64,000 nt of DNA from Bdellovibrionaceae bacterium UBA6776 (GCA_002453155.1 DKGG01000039.1:67714-131713), one strand, 5' to 3'. Counted from the stretch's first letter, positions 1-10,933 are shown. The notes: generated by a model from the letters alone, not told the origin. Translations and numbers: made by a program.

Positions 1-2
1 AA

Positions 3-290
3 AATGGCGAGCCTTTAAGAAATATCCGAAAGAGCGATATTCAAAAAGGCACCCCTTACAATACCTATCGAGTGAAGGCTTTGCCGGTGGGTCCCGTAGC
101 AAATCCAGGAGCTGAGGCTTTGAAGGCTGCTATGTTGCCAGCACAAAGCGACTATCTTTACTTTGTCAGCCGCAATGATGGGACTCATGTTTTTACGCAC
201 ACCTATTCAGACCATCAAAAGGCAGTTCGAGATTTTCAGTTGAATCGCAAAGCTCGCGAAGGAAAATCTTGGCGTAACTTAAATAAGTGA
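3..290 (+). CDS. mltG: Endolytic murein transglycosylase MltG (YceG-like), C-terminal fragment; 5' end lies outside the window
   Basis: The frame is open from the window edge. NTYRVKALPVGPVANPG...YLYFVSRNDGTHVFT matches the conserved YceG/MltG C-terminal region. Confidence 0.8.
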   Translation, partial: NGEPLRNIRKSDIQKGTPYNTYRVKALPVGPVANPGAEALKAAMLPAQSDYLYFVSRNDGTHVFTHTYSDHQKAVRDFQLNRKAREGKSWRNLNK

Positions 291-302
291 TTTCAAATAG
301 AT

Positions 303-986
303 TTAATTCTTTTTAAGAAAATCCACTTTGATCCATTTTTTTACAGATCCGGATTCATCAACAATTTGCATTTGATAAACAATGGTATTGTCTGATTGGA
401 CGATCTTGTAAACCTGAGAAGAGAAGTTTTGATCCTCCATGGCTTTTGAAGGAGGCGTTGCTTTGGACTCCCCCTGTTTGACTTTGCCAACCAAAGGATC
501 TTTTGAATTCAAAGACATCGAAAGCGTTCGCATTTGAGTGGTGGTTTGTCCCCCAGCAGCCACATTGACCTCCGAAGGAAATTGAAATTGCAAATCGAGG
601 GTTTTCAAATTAAGCGCATTTCTCACGCAAACGGCGGAGTACTGATGATCCTCAGCTGCAACTTTTTCTTCTTTAAGAACGGGCTTTTCTTTGATGTGGT
701 ACTGGAAGTTTGTGGCTTTATCCACAAAGTAAAACTCCATATTGATGTATTGGTAAAGACCGGGCTCCATTACGGGATCTGGTGAAGCGGATTGAGGCCA
801 GCTGACTTTGGAGACGTTTGAATCTTTTTCGATTTCACTGGTGATGGGCTTGTAGGAATCTGCAGCTGGGCACTGAACCACATCTCCTGTGTCCACTCTG
901 GAAAACCCGCCGCCTCCGCCACAAGACACCAACGAAAGACTCAAGATTAAGCCTGCGGAACCACCAAGTAACAGAGTACGTGTCAT
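303..986 (-). CDS. Hypothetical lipoprotein
   Basis: 227-aa ORF with an N-terminal signal peptide and a canonical lipobox (LSLVSC followed by a Gly run). I recognised no family. Confidence 0.6.
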   Translation of the reverse strand: MTRTLLLGGSAGLILSLSLVSCGGGGGFSRVDTGDVVQCPAADSYKPITSEIEKDSNVSKVSWPQSASPDPVMEPGLYQYINMEFYFVDKATNFQYHIKEKPVLKEEKVAAEDHQYSAVCVRNALNLKTLDLQFQFPSEVNVAAGGQTTTQMRTLSMSLNSKDPLVGKVKQGESKATPPSKAMEDQNFSSQVYKIVQSDNTIVYQMQIVDESGSVKKWIKVDFLKKN

Positions 987-1030
987 GATAAGAAAACCTT
1001 TCTTTGATCAAACCAATATGGGGATTTTTA

Positions 1031-1048
1031 TAGCAAAAATTCGACCAA
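1031..1048 (-). promoter_or_regulatory. Candidate sigma-54 (-24/-12) promoter for the lipoprotein gene
   Basis: The minus strand reads TTGGTCGAATTTTTGCTA, with GG and GC at the canonical spacing. The -12 element lies about 47 nt upstream of the ATG at 986, in a 70-nt intergenic gap. Confidence 0.3.
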
Positions 1049-1056
1049 GGCACCAC

Positions 1057-1527
1057 TTATTGAGTGGGAATGGAGGAGGAAATTTCCTGAAATTCATTCA
1101 CTGATGGCTGGTATTTGTACACATTTAAGCGGGGGCGGCGGGCTTCATCAAAGGTCGGAACCAAAAGCTCCTCAAGTCCATCATGATCCACATCACTGGC
1201 TACCAAACGAGACATGTGGCCCCGATAATTGAACTGACCATCCAATGGGTGGCCGGTGCGAATCTCGTACACTTTTTTTAGGCTGCCATCTTCTCCATTC
1301 TCAAAAAATTCAATAAATACACCCTCTCCATCAATCATCTTTACCGCTTTTAAAGATCCCCGAGATTGCATAAACTGACCGCGAACAGTGGCTAGAACCC
1401 TTCGTTGGTGGGTTCGAAATTGATCCTGAACTTGAGACCTCAAGGAGGGGACCAAAGCAATGACTGCGAATCCCACAGAAGTGATTGCTAGTAGCCCAAT
1501 TAAAATCCATTGAATTCCGGTTCGCAT
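1057..1527 (-). CDS. Hypothetical membrane-anchored protein
   Basis: 156-aa ORF with one N-terminal TM helix (WILIGLLAITSVGFAVIALV). It has a DVDHDGLEELLV segment but no clear family. Confidence 0.5.
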   Translation of the reverse strand: MRTGIQWILIGLLAITSVGFAVIALVPSLRSQVQDQFRTHQRRVLATVRGQFMQSRGSLKAVKMIDGEGVFIEFFENGEDGSLKKVYEIRTGHPLDGQFNYRGHMSRLVASDVDHDGLEELLVPTFDEARRPRLNVYKYQPSVNEFQEISSSIPTQ

Positions 1528-1566
1528 GTCTCTTAGTCTCTCTAAAAATGGGATTTTTGAAAAGTC

Positions 1567-2244
1567 CTATTGCAGTTTCGCAATGAAACTCAGCATTCTT
1601 CCCGCATTCTTTCCGTTCCTACGATAGGAGGGGTGCTCAGAGCTCGAAAACGTATCGATGGATAGAAATTCCAGTTTCATATTCGGAGCCAGAGAACGTC
1701 CTTGGTTTTCTATGATTGGATCCAGATTTACGTATCGTTTATCGGAATCTTTGTGAGGGAAAATAATTTTTGAAGGATCCCCACCAGGATCTGATTTTGC
1801 TAACCGTTCAGCAACATCAATGCCCACTTCAAAGCTTTGTTTTAAAATATGAGGCCCAGCCACAACAAAGACCTTGTCCTTCTCTAAAGGGCGAAGCCTT
1901 TCAAGGGCCTTGGTGAAAATTCCATTTTCTACACCTCTCCATCCTGCATGTAGACCAAACACTCTTTCGGGAGTTTCAATCAATAAGGGAATGCAATCTG
2001 CAGTTTGAATGACAAGAGCTTCATTTTTGTTTTGGCTCCAGTGGCCATCGGCTTCGACAATTTGGTCTGTGGATTCAATAACGATGTTACTGTGGATCTG
2101 TTTCAACATTCTAAAATCAAAGTCAGGATACAGCCTCTTTAGATGTTCCAAACTGGCGTCTTTGGATCCAAAAAAGCCTAAGGAATTGGTCGTCTTGAAC
2201 TCATGCCCTAAAAAAACATCGTGCTCGTAAATCTTTTTAAACAT
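1567..2244 (-). CDS. pgeF: Peptidoglycan editing factor PgeF (YfiH/DUF152 laccase-domain protein)
   Basis: Motifs HSNIV, ADG, TADCIPLL and GLHAGWRG are typical of the YfiH/PgeF family. Confidence 0.85.
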   Translation of the reverse strand: MFKKIYEHDVFLGHEFKTTNSLGFFGSKDASLEHLKRLYPDFDFRMLKQIHSNIVIESTDQIVEADGHWSQNKNEALVIQTADCIPLLIETPERVFGLHAGWRGVENGIFTKALERLRPLEKDKVFVVAGPHILKQSFEVGIDVAERLAKSDPGGDPSKIIFPHKDSDKRYVNLDPIIENQGRSLAPNMKLEFLSIDTFSSSEHPSYRRNGKNAGRMLSFIAKLQ

Positions 2245-3217
2245 CCTTAAATCCTAGTAAGGATACTAGGGGCGTCAAGTTTTCGGGCCAATTCTCTTTA
2301 AATAAAAGGAATTCATTGGTGATGGGATGGTGGAATCCCAATTCTCGGGCATGAAGGCCAATGCCTTTCATCGAGCGAATGCAATCGATCAATTCTGAGC
2401 TGAGTGGCTTCAATCGTCTTGAAGTGGAATAAATGGGATCACCAACGATGGGGCATTCCATTTCACTCATGTGAACTCGAATTTGATGGGTTCGGCCCGT
2501 TTCCAGTTTGCATTGAATCAAACTTATGCCCCGGGAGGACTTCAAAGTTTGATAATGTGTGATTGCGATTTTTCCCTTGGAGCCGGAGTGGAACTTCTTG
2601 CGATGAACGGGGTGTCGCTCCAAGTGGGTTTGAATCCGACCTTGGGCTTTTATGGGAGTTCCATAAACCAAGGCATAATAAATGCGGTGGACGGATTTTT
2701 CTTTAAATTGATGGCCAAGGGACTCGAGGGCCCTCTCTGTTTTTGCCACAACCAGGATTCCAGAGGTGTCCTTGTCTAATCGATGGACAATGCCAGGCCG
2801 TTTTTCATTAAAGCCAATTTTCAAACCTTCGATCTTTCCAAGAATGGCATTTACCAAAGTGTCTTGTGCATGTCCTGCAGCAGGATGCACCACGAGTCCA
2901 GCAGGTTTGTGAACAACCAGGCAATGTTCATCTTCATAGAGAATGGGTATTTCTAATTCTAAAGCTTTGAGCTCATTCGCCTCTGGATGGGGCACGGTCA
3001 GTAAGATCTGATCTCCGGTCTTGAGCTTGTAAGAGGATTTTGAAGGGAGGCCGTTCACAGATACGAAACCTTGCTCAATCAGTTGAGTACATTTCGATCT
3101 GGAAAACTTGAGATCGGTCTTTTGAAAGTGATCTTGCAAGAATCGATCAAGACGTTGCCCGGAAACCCCCGACTCAATTGTTAAAGTATCTGAATATCGG
3201 TAAGTTTCAGCGCTCAC
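2237..3217 (-). CDS. rluD: RluA-family 23S rRNA pseudouridine synthase (RluD-type)
   Basis: N-terminal S4-like domain plus the catalytic HRLDKDTSGILVVAKT motif. It overlaps pgeF by 8 nt. Confidence 0.9.
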   Translation of the reverse strand: MSAETYRYSDTLTIESGVSGQRLDRFLQDHFQKTDLKFSRSKCTQLIEQGFVSVNGLPSKSSYKLKTGDQILLTVPHPEANELKALELEIPILYEDEHCLVVHKPAGLVVHPAAGHAQDTLVNAILGKIEGLKIGFNEKRPGIVHRLDKDTSGILVVAKTERALESLGHQFKEKSVHRIYYALVYGTPIKAQGRIQTHLERHPVHRKKFHSGSKGKIAITHYQTLKSSRGISLIQCKLETGRTHQIRVHMSEMECPIVGDPIYSTSRRLKPLSSELIDCIRSMKGIGLHARELGFHHPITNEFLLFKENWPENLTPLVSLLGFKDV

Positions 3218-3945
3218 GTACTTTTCTGTGACTTATAATAAGTCATATAGGCAGCAACCACTTTGTGTTCATCCAAACCAAGCATTCGGCAGTATTGAAC
3301 AACGATTCCTCGAGTAAACACCTGAACAGGCAGGCGGTCCAATTCATTTTCCTCCAGCGCTCGGAGAGTGGACCGACTTGTTTTCATGGCTTCGCTGAGT
3401 TCTTGCAAAGGCACATTTTTGTATTCTCGAATTTTTTGCAGAAAAGATCCGTCGCACTCTTCCACGTCTTCAATGTCTTTTTCGAATTGAGCGTCGACAG
3501 TATAAGTGCTAAACCGAGTTCGCTCCTGACCTTCAGGAAGTGGATCCACCTTTCGATGAACTTTCACAATCCCGGTCCAACCTTCTTCGGCTCTCCCAAC
3601 CTTTCGTTCCTCCACAAGCGAGTCTTGCTTTTCAGGAGATTTATTTGGATGGGAATGATAAGCATTTGGTGTTTCATTCTTCAATTCTTCATCGTCGAGC
3701 AAACCTAGCCTTAAGTCATAGGCGCGTTTCCGACTGCGATTGCTTAATGTGGAATAAGCTTCATCCACAAGCCTTAAGAGTTCACGCGCTTCCTCTTCGG
3801 TAAACATGGAATAAATCGCAGCGCTGTGGGGCGAATAGGTTTCTCTAGCACGCTGATAGGCTTCGTAAATTTCCGTAGGCCCAGCGCTGGGGGAGATCTC
3901 TAAGAGATCATAAAAAGAAGTTTCTTCCTCTTGGTACATGCTCAT
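3214..3945 (-). CDS. J-domain-like protein with a C-terminal RodZ-like helix-turn-helix
   Basis: The N-terminal FYDLLEISPSAGPTEIYEAYQRARETYSP resembles a J domain but has no HPD tripeptide. The C-terminal LQELSEAMKTSRSTLRALEENE...VFTRGIV resembles an XRE/RodZ HTH. Confidence 0.6.
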   Translation of the reverse strand: MSMYQEEETSFYDLLEISPSAGPTEIYEAYQRARETYSPHSAAIYSMFTEEEARELLRLVDEAYSTLSNRSRKRAYDLRLGLLDDEELKNETPNAYHSHPNKSPEKQDSLVEERKVGRAEEGWTGIVKVHRKVDPLPEGQERTRFSTYTVDAQFEKDIEDVEECDGSFLQKIREYKNVPLQELSEAMKTSRSTLRALEENELDRLPVQVFTRGIVVQYCRMLGLDEHKVVAAYMTYYKSQKST

Positions 3946-3951
3946 CCTTAA

Positions 3952-4935
3952 TCACGATACCATATTTTTTGGCTGAGATGGATCGGCCAATTTCCGGGCC
4001 ATTGCCATTATTTGAGCGTACAAGTGACTGTAAGGATTCGCTACCAAAAGGTGCTTTTTTTGGCGTAATGACTGCCATACCGCATTATCGTAACTAAGGG
4101 CTCCCAAAAATTCACAAGGCAGTCCGAAGTGCCTTTGGCAAACGGATTTGATTCCCTTTCCTAAGTTTCGATCCTGTGCAGTTCGAATTTGGTTAAGTAC
4201 AATTTGAAACTGTAACTGGTTCATTACCTCTTTGAGATCTTTGGAAATCTCAGGGAATTCCTTATGGAGGGTATTTAGAAGATCCCTTGGGGACTTGATG
4301 TTGTGATTGTTCTTAGTGATGTGTTCAATACGTTGATCAATGTCTAAGCGACTTCCATAGCGACGAATCTTTCGATAAAAGACAGCTTTCATAAACCGGT
4401 AGGCATTCTCAATGCTGGAGGGCTCTGGGGTAAAGACCACAACGTGATGTTGAGCCATGAGGAAATAATCTAAAGTGGAGGTATGAGTTCCCGCACCTAA
4501 ATCCAAGATAATGTAATCAGTCGGGTAATTGTAAAGAGCAGAAAGCAAACGAGATTTCTCAGCGTCCGAGATGTCCCCATTGTAAAGCCCCTCGGAAGCG
4601 CCCGAGATCAAATGAAGATTATTTTTCATTGTGGGGCTGATGACATCGCCGATTGTGAGGTTGGTGTCTTTCATGAATTCATTGATGCCTTTGCTCGGAA
4701 GACCTTCACCGAGCCAAGTGTGAAGATTCGCGGCTCCAAGATCCATATCAACCAACAAAGTTTTATGGCCCATCTGAGCGAGAAAATATGCCAAGCTTGA
4801 ACTGAAAAATGATTTTCCAACGCCGCCTTTACCAGCACCTACAGCAATAATAGTAGATTGAGGCGCTATTCGGCCTCTAAGATCCACCACCTTCTTCTTT
4901 GTTGCTGTGCTCAACTTCGGACTCGCTTTCATCAT
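3952..4935 (-). CDS. MinD/ParA-family P-loop ATPase
   Basis: Deviant Walker A GAGKGGVGKS, followed by LLVDMDLGAANLH and ILDLGAG. Confidence 0.8.
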   Translation of the reverse strand: MMKASPKLSTATKKKVVDLRGRIAPQSTIIAVGAGKGGVGKSFFSSSLAYFLAQMGHKTLLVDMDLGAANLHTWLGEGLPSKGINEFMKDTNLTIGDVISPTMKNNLHLISGASEGLYNGDISDAEKSRLLSALYNYPTDYIILDLGAGTHTSTLDYFLMAQHHVVVFTPEPSSIENAYRFMKAVFYRKIRRYGSRLDIDQRIEHITKNNHNIKSPRDLLNTLHKEFPEISKDLKEVMNQLQFQIVLNQIRTAQDRNLGKGIKSVCQRHFGLPCEFLGALSYDNAVWQSLRQKKHLLVANPYSHLYAQIMAMARKLADPSQPKNMVS

Positions 4936-5569
4936 ACAAAGGTTTTAATAGCCCGCGGCTTAAATTCTCTTCGGCTTGTGATCGTCTCAAATAAAGAGGA
5001 TGGACCAGATTCCATGACTTTTCTTGGAACACCCTGGGCTTTTGTCTGTAAAAGGTCAGCATGTCCTCTACTTTGGGCCAGTGAGCATTCAATGATGTGG
5101 AAACGTGAGAGCGAAACTGAGTGGAAAAATTTTGAAGCTCATCATCAGTTGCAGATTGAGGCGAAACGATTTCGATCAATTCGCCATTCTTCCTTTCATA
5201 TGCGGCAACATAGTGATTCCCTTTGATTGCGGGGAAAGAAACCAGAATTTGTTCCGCAGAAGATTGAAGGCTTGCGAGTTCCAAGCTGTTAAACTCCAAG
5301 ATGGGAATTTGAAGTAAGTAGGAAAGACTTAAAGCAAAACCAAAAGCCACGCGAAGCCCGGTAAAACTTCCCGGGCCCACATCGAGAATAATTTTTTGAA
5401 GGTCTTTGGGTTCAATGGAAGCTTGAGAAATAATTTTTTCAAATTCGTGAGTGATGGTTTCAGAGTGGGAGACCTGATCGGTCCACTGGGTTTGAAAAAT
5501 TTTTTGAAGGGTGGGATCTGCGAGCAGCAGCCCGCCCAATTTTCCTGAAGTTTCGACAAATAAAATCAT
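4877..5569 (-). CDS. tsaB: tRNA t6A biosynthesis protein TsaB (YeaZ)
   Basis: ILFVETS start and the GPGSFTGLRVAFG motif. The 3' end overlaps the next ORF by 59 nt, so one of the two boundaries is uncertain. Confidence 0.75.
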   Translation of the reverse strand: MILFVETSGKLGGLLLADPTLQKIFQTQWTDQVSHSETITHEFEKIISQASIEPKDLQKIILDVGPGSFTGLRVAFGFALSLSYLLQIPILEFNSLELASLQSSAEQILVSFPAIKGNHYVAAYERKNGELIEIVSPQSATDDELQNFSTQFRSHVSTSLNAHWPKVEDMLTFYRQKPRVFQEKSWNLVHPLYLRRSQAEENLSRGLLKPLYDESESEVEHSNKEEGGGS

Positions 5570-5590
5570 CTTCCTCTGAACCTTTAGGTT

Positions 5591-7258
5591 CTACCATTGA
5601 CTGGAAAAAAGATTGCTCACGTCATTGAAGAGAGCAAAAGCCATCAATAGCAAGAGGAGCATAAGTCCCACTTGCTGGGCTATCTCCAATTTTTTCATGG
5701 AAACAGGAGATCCCTTAAGCGCCTCTAGGCCGTAGAAGACCAAATGACCTCCGTCCAATACGGGAACGGGAAGTAGGTTTAACAGAAAGAGATTGATTGA
5801 AATGATCGCCATGGTTTTTAGAAATACAGACAAGCCCGCATCATAGGAATGGTTTGCAACTCTTCCTATTGTGATCACACCGCCAATATTTTTATAAGAG
5901 ACAACACCTTGGAAAAGTCGAACCATGGACATCACGGTAAATTCAGTCCATTTCCAAGTTTGTGACAATCCATATGAAAATTTACCAAGAAGACCATCTG
6001 GACGATAAAGGACGGTTTCTGGGCCCACATTTAAGTTCGAAGAAAGAATTCCAATGGTGAATCGATTTTCCTCTTGGCCCTTTTCGTTCATCAGCTGAGT
6101 CATTTCAGGAACCAGTTGGAGTGGAATGTTCTTACCCTCTCGCATTGCCAGGAGAGAGATGTTTCCTTCAGATTTGGGGTCAAAGTTCTTAATGGAATCT
6201 AAGATGTTGGTCCAATTGGAAACAGGTTTGCCATCAATCGAAACAATCTTGTCACCAGATTTCAACCCGGCTTTATGTGCGGGCGAGGGGTCTTTCACCT
6301 TAAGCACATAGGTTTCAGCGAACTCGATTCCAAGAGCATCAAAGTCGGTCGATGAGGAGGCTAAACTTATGGTTCGCTTTGGACCTCGTTTGCCTTCCGC
6401 GAAACTTTGCACTTCCATTTGAACTTCAGATCCCGTTTTTAGCCCCTCAATCACTGCGGTTTTAAAACTTCGAAATGAAGAAACGTCTTTTTCGTTGACC
6501 TTTAAAATGAGGTCTAAGTTTTTTAGACCAGCAAGAGCCGCAGGCGACTGAGGACTTGGCACTCCAATCAATGCGGCATTGCTCTCGAAGCTTAGGCCTT
6601 CAATTTGAGGCACCTTTTCCTGACTGCTGAAGATGTTTTCATTTTTTGAAATTTCAGGTCGACTTGAAATCTGAATCGACTCATTGCCTCTCTGGACTTG
6701 AAAGGAAAGTTCTTTCTCGTTGCTTTGTGAAATTCGATCGATCAATTGAGTCCATCCATCCACGGACTTGTTCTCGACGGAAAGAATTTTGTCACCGGGA
6801 CGGAATCCGTCTTTGTAGGCTTGGGTCGTTGATGCGATATCGCCGACCACGGCGGCAGGTTGACGGTCACCAATAAATCCAATGGCCGTGAATAAAAAGA
6901 TCGCGAAAAACAAATTCATCAAAGGTCCGGCAAGGACCACAGCGATTCTTTGGCTGACGGGTTTGTGAATAAAAGAATGAGATTTTTCTTCTTCTGAAAC
7001 CTCGGCGGCAAAGTTGTCGCCAAACATCTTTACGTATCCACCGAGAGGGATCATGGAAATGCAGTAAGTGGTGTCTCCGTGCTTGTATTGGAGCAATTTT
7101 TTTCCAAAGCCCAAGCTAAAGACTTCAACACGAACGCCACACCATTTGGCGACGAGGAAATGTCCAAGCTCGTGAACAAAAACCAAAAGACCCAAAAGCA
7201 AAACAAAAGGGCCAATTCCAGAGAGAGTTTCTTGAAGGTAATGAAGAATTAAGTCCAT
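5591..7258 (-). CDS. rseP: RIP zinc metalloprotease RseP (site-2 protease) with PDZ domains
   Basis: HELGHFLVAKWCG (HExxH) lies in the first TM region, followed by PDZ-like repeats and a C-terminal LNLLPVPVLDGGH motif. I chose the start at MDLILHYL (7258); the ORF extends to 7318. Confidence 0.9.
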   Translation of the reverse strand: MDLILHYLQETLSGIGPFVLLLGLLVFVHELGHFLVAKWCGVRVEVFSLGFGKKLLQYKHGDTTYCISMIPLGGYVKMFGDNFAAEVSEEEKSHSFIHKPVSQRIAVVLAGPLMNLFFAIFLFTAIGFIGDRQPAAVVGDIASTTQAYKDGFRPGDKILSVENKSVDGWTQLIDRISQSNEKELSFQVQRGNESIQISSRPEISKNENIFSSQEKVPQIEGLSFESNAALIGVPSPQSPAALAGLKNLDLILKVNEKDVSSFRSFKTAVIEGLKTGSEVQMEVQSFAEGKRGPKRTISLASSSTDFDALGIEFAETYVLKVKDPSPAHKAGLKSGDKIVSIDGKPVSNWTNILDSIKNFDPKSEGNISLLAMREGKNIPLQLVPEMTQLMNEKGQEENRFTIGILSSNLNVGPETVLYRPDGLLGKFSYGLSQTWKWTEFTVMSMVRLFQGVVSYKNIGGVITIGRVANHSYDAGLSVFLKTMAIISINLFLLNLLPVPVLDGGHLVFYGLEALKGSPVSMKKLEIAQQVGLMLLLLLMAFALFNDVSNLFSSQW

Positions 7259-7318
7259 AGAGTAAGATTGCCTATGACTGGCTCGCATTGCAAGGTCGCT
7301 CGACTTCAAAACCATCAA

Positions 7319-7369
7319 CGCACCGGGTGCAGAAAAAGGTGCCAGGTACCAAAATCTGTATTCGGTGCG
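7319..7369. repeat. Three-tier hairpin, copy 1: CGCACCG..TGCAGA-AAAA-GGTGCC-A-GGTACC-AAAA-TCTGTA..CGGTGCG
   Basis: Nested inverted repeats read directly from the sequence, lying between the cdsA stop and the rseP start. A near-identical core occurs at 45856-45888. Confidence 0.6.
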
Positions 7370-7396
7370 TAAAGATTGAAGAGATTCTAAGCGAGA

Positions 7397-8212
7397 TTAA
7401 ATGACCAGGAGATAGAGAAGTGGACAAACCAGAAGAACGCCATCCAAGCGGTCTAGGATTCCACCGTGACCGGGAAGAAGGCGGCCGGAGTCTTTCACTT
7501 GCGAAACCCGTTTCACCAAGGACATCAGCAGGTCTCCTGCCTGGCCCACGCAGCCACCAAGGAATCCAAATAAAAGCAAAAATCCTAGTGATAGGTCGGG
7601 CTGGGCGAAATACCAAAACCCTGCGGCGGCCAGCAGGGATCCAAACAACCCTGTGATGGAGCCTTCCACGGTTTTCTTAGGAGAAAGTGAGGGATTGAGT
7701 TTTGTTTTTCCGAAAAAATAACCGCCAAAATAAGCAAAGGTGTCGCCAAAGAACACCACCAACAGCAAAAGCAAAAAATGCTGAGGACCATGGGGAGCCA
7801 ATCCCACCTGTGCTGCCATCCAAGGACAGAGCACGCAGTAAAACAATCCAAAAACTCCAAGCGCAATCATTTTTAAAAGTTGTTCGTTTTCGACTCTTTC
7901 TCGACCAAGAATGATCAATCCTGTTGCGAACAAGGAAGCGGATACGCCAAAAGCTTTCAATCCATCAAAGTTGAAAATGAAAAGGCTTAAAATCAGTAGC
8001 AAACTTGTAAAAGTGTAGAAAGCCAAGAAGGGGAGCTTCTTAGATTTTAAAAATAAGAGGGATCGAAATTCACGACTGGCCAAGAGGGAAACTGCCAAGC
8101 AAATGCCAACCAAACCTCTTTGGTCAAAGAGCAAATAAATACCCAAAATAACGGCTGCCGCAACAAGAGCTGATGCAATCCGAATTACAAGGGATTTATC
8201 CTTTAGCATCAT
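7397..8212 (-). CDS. cdsA: Phosphatidate cytidylyltransferase CdsA
   Basis: C-terminal signature SLVKRVSQVKDSGRLLPGHGGILDRLDG. I chose the start at MMLKDK, which overlaps the uppS stop. Confidence 0.85.
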   Translation of the reverse strand: MMLKDKSLVIRIASALVAAAVILGIYLLFDQRGLVGICLAVSLLASREFRSLLFLKSKKLPFLAFYTFTSLLLILSLFIFNFDGLKAFGVSASLFATGLIILGRERVENEQLLKMIALGVFGLFYCVLCPWMAAQVGLAPHGPQHFLLLLLVVFFGDTFAYFGGYFFGKTKLNPSLSPKKTVEGSITGLFGSLLAAAGFWYFAQPDLSLGFLLLFGFLGGCVGQAGDLLMSLVKRVSQVKDSGRLLPGHGGILDRLDGVLLVCPLLYLLVI

Positions 8213-8930
8213 GAAGCCTAATGACTTGAGCAGAGGTTTTTCCAAATCTTCGCTCATGGGAGCGGAAGGTGGCCAGCGCATTTTGCAAATCACTTGAATT
8301 GAAATCGGGCCAAGCTTTATCGATAAACTGCAGCTCGCTGTAAGCGCATTGCCAGAGCATGAAATTTGAAATTCGAGATTCTCCGCTGGTGCGAAGGATT
8401 AAATCTGGATCCGGTAAAAAGGCGCTATCCATTTCTGCTGCGAAGATCTCGTCAGAGATATCTTCCGGCAAAAGTTCACCGCGAGCCACTTTTTTAGCAA
8501 GAGACTTCACGGCAGAGACGATTTCTTGGCGTCCGCCATAAGACAAAGCCAAAGTTAAAGTCATACCAAAGCAATCGCGAGTCTCATCCAAGGCCTTTTG
8601 CACTTGTTTGCGTGCGAAATCAGGAATGCGGTTGATATCGCCAATGATCTGAAACCGAATGTTTTGACGAACCAAATTTCGAGTTTCTCGATTGAGCCAT
8701 TTGCTCAGAAGCTTCATTAAAAATCTAACTTCGTCTCGGGGTCTGCGCCAATTTTCGGTGCTAAAGGCGAAAAGTGTGAGGTAGGGCAAGCCCATTTGAG
8801 AACACTCTTCAATGACGCTCTTGGCGACCTTTGCGCCCCGAACATGTCCAAAGAAACGGTTGTGACCACGCTTTTGCGCCCACCTTCCGTTTCCATCCAT
8901 AATGATTGCCAAATGATTGAGTGAGTTCAA
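8196..8930 (-). CDS. uppS: Undecaprenyl diphosphate synthase UppS
   Basis: HLAIIMDGNGRWA, FAFSTENWRRP and RTSGESRISNFMLWQ motifs. Confidence 0.95.
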   Translation of the reverse strand: MNSLNHLAIIMDGNGRWAQKRGHNRFFGHVRGAKVAKSVIEECSQMGLPYLTLFAFSTENWRRPRDEVRFLMKLLSKWLNRETRNLVRQNIRFQIIGDINRIPDFARKQVQKALDETRDCFGMTLTLALSYGGRQEIVSAVKSLAKKVARGELLPEDISDEIFAAEMDSAFLPDPDLILRTSGESRISNFMLWQCAYSELQFIDKAWPDFNSSDLQNALATFRSHERRFGKTSAQVIRLHDAKG

Positions 8931-8942
8931 TTCTTTAAATCT

Positions 8943-9497
8943 CTACAAAGTCAAAAGTTCTTTTTCCTTTTCCTCGGCCAGCTCATCCACTTTTTTGATG
9001 AACTCATCGGTCACCTTTTGAACTTCATCGGTCAGACGTTTTTGTTCGTCTTCACTGATTTCTTTATCTTTTAATTGTTGCTTCAAAAAGTCGTTGGCTT
9101 CTCTTCGAGCTTGTCGAATGGCAACGCGGGATTCTTCGCAGGTTTTTTTGACTCCTTTCACCAAGTCTTTACGTCGATCTTCAGTCAACTCAGGAACTTT
9201 CAAACGAATAACTTTTCCATCATTTTGAGGGCTCATTCCCAAGTCACTTTTAACAATGGCAGATTCCACTTCTTTCAAAATGGAGGCTTCCCAAGGGGAG
9301 ATCAAAAAAGATCTCGCATCGGGAGTGGAAATGGCGGCCACCTGGTTGATTGGAGTTGGTGTGCCGTAATAGTTCACTTTAATGCCATCAAGCATAGAAA
9401 CTTGCGCACGACCTGTGCGGACTTTCTGTAAATCACTCTTCAACGAAGAAATCGCTTTCTCCATCTTCGATCGACTTTCTTCTCCAATTGATGACAT
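8943..9497 (-). CDS. frr: Ribosome recycling factor
   Basis: 184 aa with typical Frr sequence (LQKVRTGRA, VPELTEDRRKDLVK) and conserved synteny. Confidence 0.95.
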   Translation of the reverse strand: MSSIGEESRSKMEKAISSLKSDLQKVRTGRAQVSMLDGIKVNYYGTPTPINQVAAISTPDARSFLISPWEASILKEVESAIVKSDLGMSPQNDGKVIRLKVPELTEDRRKDLVKGVKKTCEESRVAIRQARREANDFLKQQLKDKEISEDEQKRLTDEVQKVTDEFIKKVDELAEEKEKELLTL

Positions 9498-9538
9498 ATC
9501 TGTCTCCTTAAAATTTGTTGAACACGTTGAACAGAGAA

Positions 9539-10913
<1,375 letters not shown>

Positions 10914-10933
10914 ATGTCCTTTCTTAAAATCTC

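Noticed and set aside
4877-4935. The 59-nt overlap between the tsaB 3' end and the MinD-like ORF start, and the 32-nt uvrA/msbA-like overlap at 37698-37729, considered as possible frameshift or fusion sites.
   Set aside because: Both genes of each pair are complete in their own frames with normal termini. The overlaps are most simply explained by uncertainty in start-codon choice.
7328-7350. The minus-strand TGGCACCTTTTTCTGCA inside the A4/A4 hairpin looks like a sigma-54 -24/-12 promoter for rseP.
   Set aside because: The GG to GC spacing is one nucleotide too long. The second copy of the hairpin (45856-45888) lacks the GC and faces no gene, so the resemblance is most likely a by-product of the palindrome.
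7272-7866. Minus-strand and plus-strand ORFs of 78-114 aa overlapping cdsA and the cdsA-rseP gap.
   Set aside because: They are alternative frames of cdsA with Pro/Arg/Gly-rich shadow composition, and cdsA carries clear family signatures.
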